10,272 nt of DNA from positions 1-10,272 of the forward strand of contig JBDIWJ010000050.1 of NCBI GenBank assembly GCA_039638295.1, given 5' to 3'. Positions within the stretch are counted from its first letter, which is position 1. The number at the start of each line of letters is the position of its first letter. Of this stretch, positions 7,313-10,272 are shown one piece after another. The translations under genes and the position numbers were made by a program. The stretch comes from Candidatus Phoenicimicrobium oleiphilum. GTDB taxonomy: Bacteria > Atribacterota > Phoenicimicrobiia > Phoenicimicrobiales > Phoenicimicrobiaceae. A model generated the notes under the pieces. It was not told the origin of the DNA and made no database searches. It saw only the letters and a list, made by a program, of their open reading frames with translations.

Positions 7313-8614
7313 TTATCTCATCATTGAAGGCAGCCACAGTGCTAATTTTGAGAAAAATAAAACTAAAATTTGGGTAAGTAAGTACAATAACATAAAAGGC
7401 ACTGTCCCTTTAATGGCAATCATCAAGTTTGAAGGAAAACCTAAAGATTTAGCAATCCCATCTACCGCATAAATATTAAGCCCTACAGGTGGAGTGAGTA
7501 AACCAATTTCAATCCCAATTACTAATATTACCGCATACCAAATAAGATCAATTTGAAGTCCTATTAAAGCTGGCAAAAAAATTGGTAAAACAATAAGCAT
7601 TATAGAGGCTCCTTCTAAAAACATACCCATAATAAATAAAATAATCATAGTAATTATAATGAAAATTATTGGTGTTAACGAAGAAACTGCAAACGATGAA
7701 ATTATTTCAGAAAGGCCTATTTGGGTGGCTGCATTGCCAAAAACCATTGCCCCACATATTATAAATAGTACCATTACCGAAGATAAAACACCCTCTTCTA
7801 AAATTGGTAATATATCTTTAAAGGTAATCTCTTTATAAATAAATAATCCTACAATAAGTGCAAATAATATACCTAAAGCTGCCGTTTCTGTAGGGGTAGC
7901 CCAACCAGCATATAGGGGTACAATTATCCCAAGGGGTACTAATAAACCCCAAATACCTTCTTTGGTTGCCTTTATTCTTTCCCTCCAGGTAGCCTTTTTA
8001 GATTTAATTCTCTTTTTGTCTCTTCTATAAGCAATTACTGTATATATACTGAATAAAGCTACTGCTATAAGTCCTGGAATGATTCCGGCAATAAATAATT
8101 TCCCGGTGGACTCTTCTGAAAAAGAACTATATATAATCATAGGAACACTTGGTGGAATAAGTATTCCCAATGCTCCTCCACCAGCGATAATTCCCATACT
8201 TAAAGGCAGACTATAACCAAATTTCTTTAAATTAGTAAATGCAAAGGCACCTACCATAGCAGCAATGGCTACACTTGTTCCACACATTGCTGCTAATACT
8301 GCACAAGTTAAGAGTGTAGCCACCCCTACGCCACCAGGAATGTGTCGCAAATAAGCATCAAATAAATTATATAATTTCTCACCAACCTGACTTTTAGCAA
8401 GCACAACTCCCATGGTAATAAAAAGGGGAATGGCCAATAATATAAAACTTTCTAAGCTGGAACCCATTATCTGTGCCGCAATAGTTAAAGCAGAACTCCC
8501 AAAAAATAAATAACAACCAAGTATGCCACCCATACCGAGACTAACTGCCACTGGCACACCCATAAACAACATCACTACCATTAAAATTGCAGATATAATT
8601 AAACTTCCAGACAT
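7313..8614 (-). CDS. dctM: TRAP transporter large permease subunit
   Basis: Hydrophobic 433 aa from the ATG at 8614 (MSGSLIISAILM), with AAGGA upstream. Motifs LLAIPLFI, GGGALGILIPPSVPMIIY, LFIAGIIPG, ATPTETAA and EIGLLTPPVGLN. The ORF-track extension to 8728 runs through a hairpin. Confidence 0.92.
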   Translation of the reverse strand: MSGSLIISAILMVVMLFMGVPVAVSLGMGGILGCYLFFGSSALTIAAQIMGSSLESFILLAIPLFITMGVVLAKSQVGEKLYNLFDAYLRHIPGGVGVATLLTCAVLAAMCGTSVAIAAMVGAFAFTNLKKFGYSLPLSMGIIAGGGALGILIPPSVPMIIYSSFSEESTGKLFIAGIIPGLIAVALFSIYTVIAYRRDKKRIKSKKATWRERIKATKEGIWGLLVPLGIIVPLYAGWATPTETAALGILFALIVGLFIYKEITFKDILPILEEGVLSSVMVLFIICGAMVFGNAATQIGLSEIISSFAVSSLTPIIFIIITMIILFIMGMFLEGASIMLIVLPIFLPALIGLQIDLIWYAVILVIGIEIGLLTPPVGLNIYAVDGIAKSLGFPSNLMIAIKGTVPFMLLYLLTQILVLFFSKLALWLPSMMR

Positions 8615-8695
8615 AACCGATCTTTTTCCTTTCAATTTAATTTTTGAATGTTTTAGAAAATAAAAAATACATTTTTTCTCTTCATAAATGTTATG

Positions 8696-8726
8696 GATGC
8701 CTCTATCTAAATAGGATAGAGGCATC
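8696..8726. other. 12-bp perfect stem-loop between dctQ and dctM
   Basis: gatgcctctatc (8696-8707), 7-nt loop, gatagaggcatc (8715-8726). It lies 26 nt past the dctQ stop. Confidence 0.65.
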
Positions 8727-8752
8727 ATCCTTTTATAAATTAATTTACTTAA

Positions 8753-9355
8753 CTATTTATTAGGTTCATCTAAATTTTCAAGAGCTTCTACTTCTTGTTC
8801 AACTATTGCTTCAATACTTACAGGGGTTGCAACTTTTCTTTCGTTTATAGTTAAAACAACTTCTCTAATTGCCTCAATTGCAAATAAAATCATCCCGACT
8901 GGCATACCTATATAGATTATATACAGAGGAATATGTAGAATTAATGAGACTTGTTCTATCTCATAGTACATTTTTATTAACTTTATTCCTTCCCAAACAA
9001 GAATTAAGCTAAAGAATACACAAATTGTATTACCAATTATTAAAAATATAGTTCGTACCTTTTCTGACAAATGGCGATAAATAATATCAACCCTTATGTG
9101 TCTTCTTTTTTTTAATGCATAGGCTATACCGAAAAAACAAAGCCATATTATTATATAACCATCTAATTCTACTATTCCTTTAGTACTAACACCCCCTAAT
9201 CTTGCAAATACCTGATACCATATTGTTATGATAATCACCAGCATTAGCAAAGCACTAATTTTAAAAATAATTTCCGTAGCCTTATCTAACACTTTCCATA
9301 TTTTGCTATTTAACTGTCCAGCTTGGTTAATCTCTTCTGCCGGTTTATTACTCAT
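8753..9355 (-). CDS. dctQ: TRAP transporter small permease subunit
   Basis: 200 aa with four hydrophobic segments, ELDGYIIIWLCFFGIAYALKKRRHIRVDII (DctQ signature) and a charged C-terminal tail. SD GGAG upstream. Confidence 0.9.
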   Translation of the reverse strand: MSNKPAEEINQAGQLNSKIWKVLDKATEIIFKISALLMLVIIITIWYQVFARLGGVSTKGIVELDGYIIIWLCFFGIAYALKKRRHIRVDIIYRHLSEKVRTIFLIIGNTICVFFSLILVWEGIKLIKMYYEIEQVSLILHIPLYIIYIGMPVGMILFAIEAIREVVLTINERKVATPVSIEAIVEQEVEALENLDEPNK

Positions 9356-9387
9356 AAATAATCTCCAATATTTTTATAGTCTATTTT

Positions 9388-10272
9388 TTATTTTAGGTTT
9401 TGTACTTCCATAATCAAGTCATATACTTCAGGGGTTTTAGCAGTCATTCTCTTCCAGAAGTCTTCTATATCCTTGGTCCACAGAGCATATTCCTCAAGAG
9501 TAGGTATGTATACTTCTCCACGTCCGGCGATGGCTTCTTTGGCTTTTAAGCTATATACTTGATAAACATAAGCCGATTCCTTATAGCTTTCCTGCTGTAT
9601 CTTGGCAGTTACATCATCTATTACCTGCTGTAAATCCTCTGGTAATCTATCGTAAAAATCTTTGTTCATTATTAAGACATTCGGGTATGATGCTACGGGG
9701 AATAAACAGATATTAGGTGCAACTTCGTGTAATTTCCTATCAACAAGGTGGCTAAAGGTCGCTACACTGGCATTTAAAGTCCCTCTTTGCATAGCCATAT
9801 AAAGTTCAGCGCCAGGAACCATAGCTGAACTTGCCCCGCAATATTCTTCAAAATACTGAGCCTGTTCTGGGCCCATTGATCTAACTACCATCCCTTTCAT
9901 ATCAGAGGGCACATGTATGGGTTTCTTTGAAATAATTCCCATTTCTTCTCCACCAATAGACCATACCACCCAGCCTAATGGCTTAATACCTTTTTCTTCT
10001 GTTTTTGCAAAGAGTTTTTCCCCTATATCTCCTTCTATTACTTTGAGTAATGTATCTCTACCAATAATTACTGCAGGAATTACAAAGATTTTATACTCGG
10101 GAACAATACTTGCCAGATTAAAGGTATAGACTGATCCCATTTCACAGGCGCCGGTTCTTACCGCTGAAATCAGGTTTGTATCAGTATAAAGCTGTCCTCC
10201 TGGGTATATTTTCACATTTAATCGCCCGTTGGATTCTTCTTTTATCATCTTCGCCCAATTAGCATATTCTAT
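9388..10272 (-). CDS. dctP: TRAP transporter substrate-binding protein (5' end beyond the window)
   Basis: The frame is open to the window edge (...IEYANWAKMIKEESNGRLNVKIYPGGQLY). It has DMKGMVVR with the conserved Arg, ELYMAMQRG and MNKDFYDRLPEDLQQVI. Confidence 0.92.
   Translation of the reverse strand: MEYANWAKMIKEESNGRLNVKIYPGGQLYTDTNLISAVRTGACEMGSVYTFNLASIVPEYKIFVIPAVIIGRDTLLKVIEGDIGEKLFAKTEEKGIKPLGWVVWSIGGEEMGIISKKPIHVPSDMKGMVVRSMGPEQAQYFEEYCGASSAMVPGAELYMAMQRGTLNASVATFSHLVDRKLHEVAPNICLFPVASYPNVLIMNKDFYDRLPEDLQQVIDDVTAKIQQESYKESAYVYQVYSLKAKEAIAGRGEVYIPTLEEYALWTKDIEDFWKRMTAKTPEVYDLIMEVQNLK

Noticed and set aside
8615..8728. 38-aa N-terminal extension of dctM in the ORF track
   Set aside because: It runs through an intergenic hairpin and is not DctM-like. 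The ATG at 8614 gives a typical length.
9228..10129. Plus-strand ORFs 9228..9413 and 9917..10129
   Set aside because: They are antisense to dctQ and dctP.

Overview
All supported genes lie on the minus strand in one co-directional run. In transcription order (right to left): TRAP transporter dctP (5'-truncated by the window), dctQ and dctM; a CbbQ/NirQ/MoxR-class AAA+ ATPase and its VWA partner, resembling the BssE/BssF accessory pair of fumarate-adding glycyl-radical enzyme operons; a DUF4125-like protein; a PNPOx-like FMN-binding protein; an unannotated 35-codon ORF with an in-frame TGA (U-x2-C-x13-C-x2-C); two-subunit Fe-S fumarate hydratase; short malic enzyme; and the first 32 codons of acetate kinase (ackA). 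The gene content suggests an anaerobic, low-GC bacterium. The main new observation is the ORF at 2884..2991, absent from the ORF track: a candidate mini-rubredoxin/zinc-ribbon selenoprotein in which Sec would replace a metal-ligand Cys. Two intergenic hairpins and an AT-rich central block were also seen. Family assignments rest on motif recognition; no database search was run.
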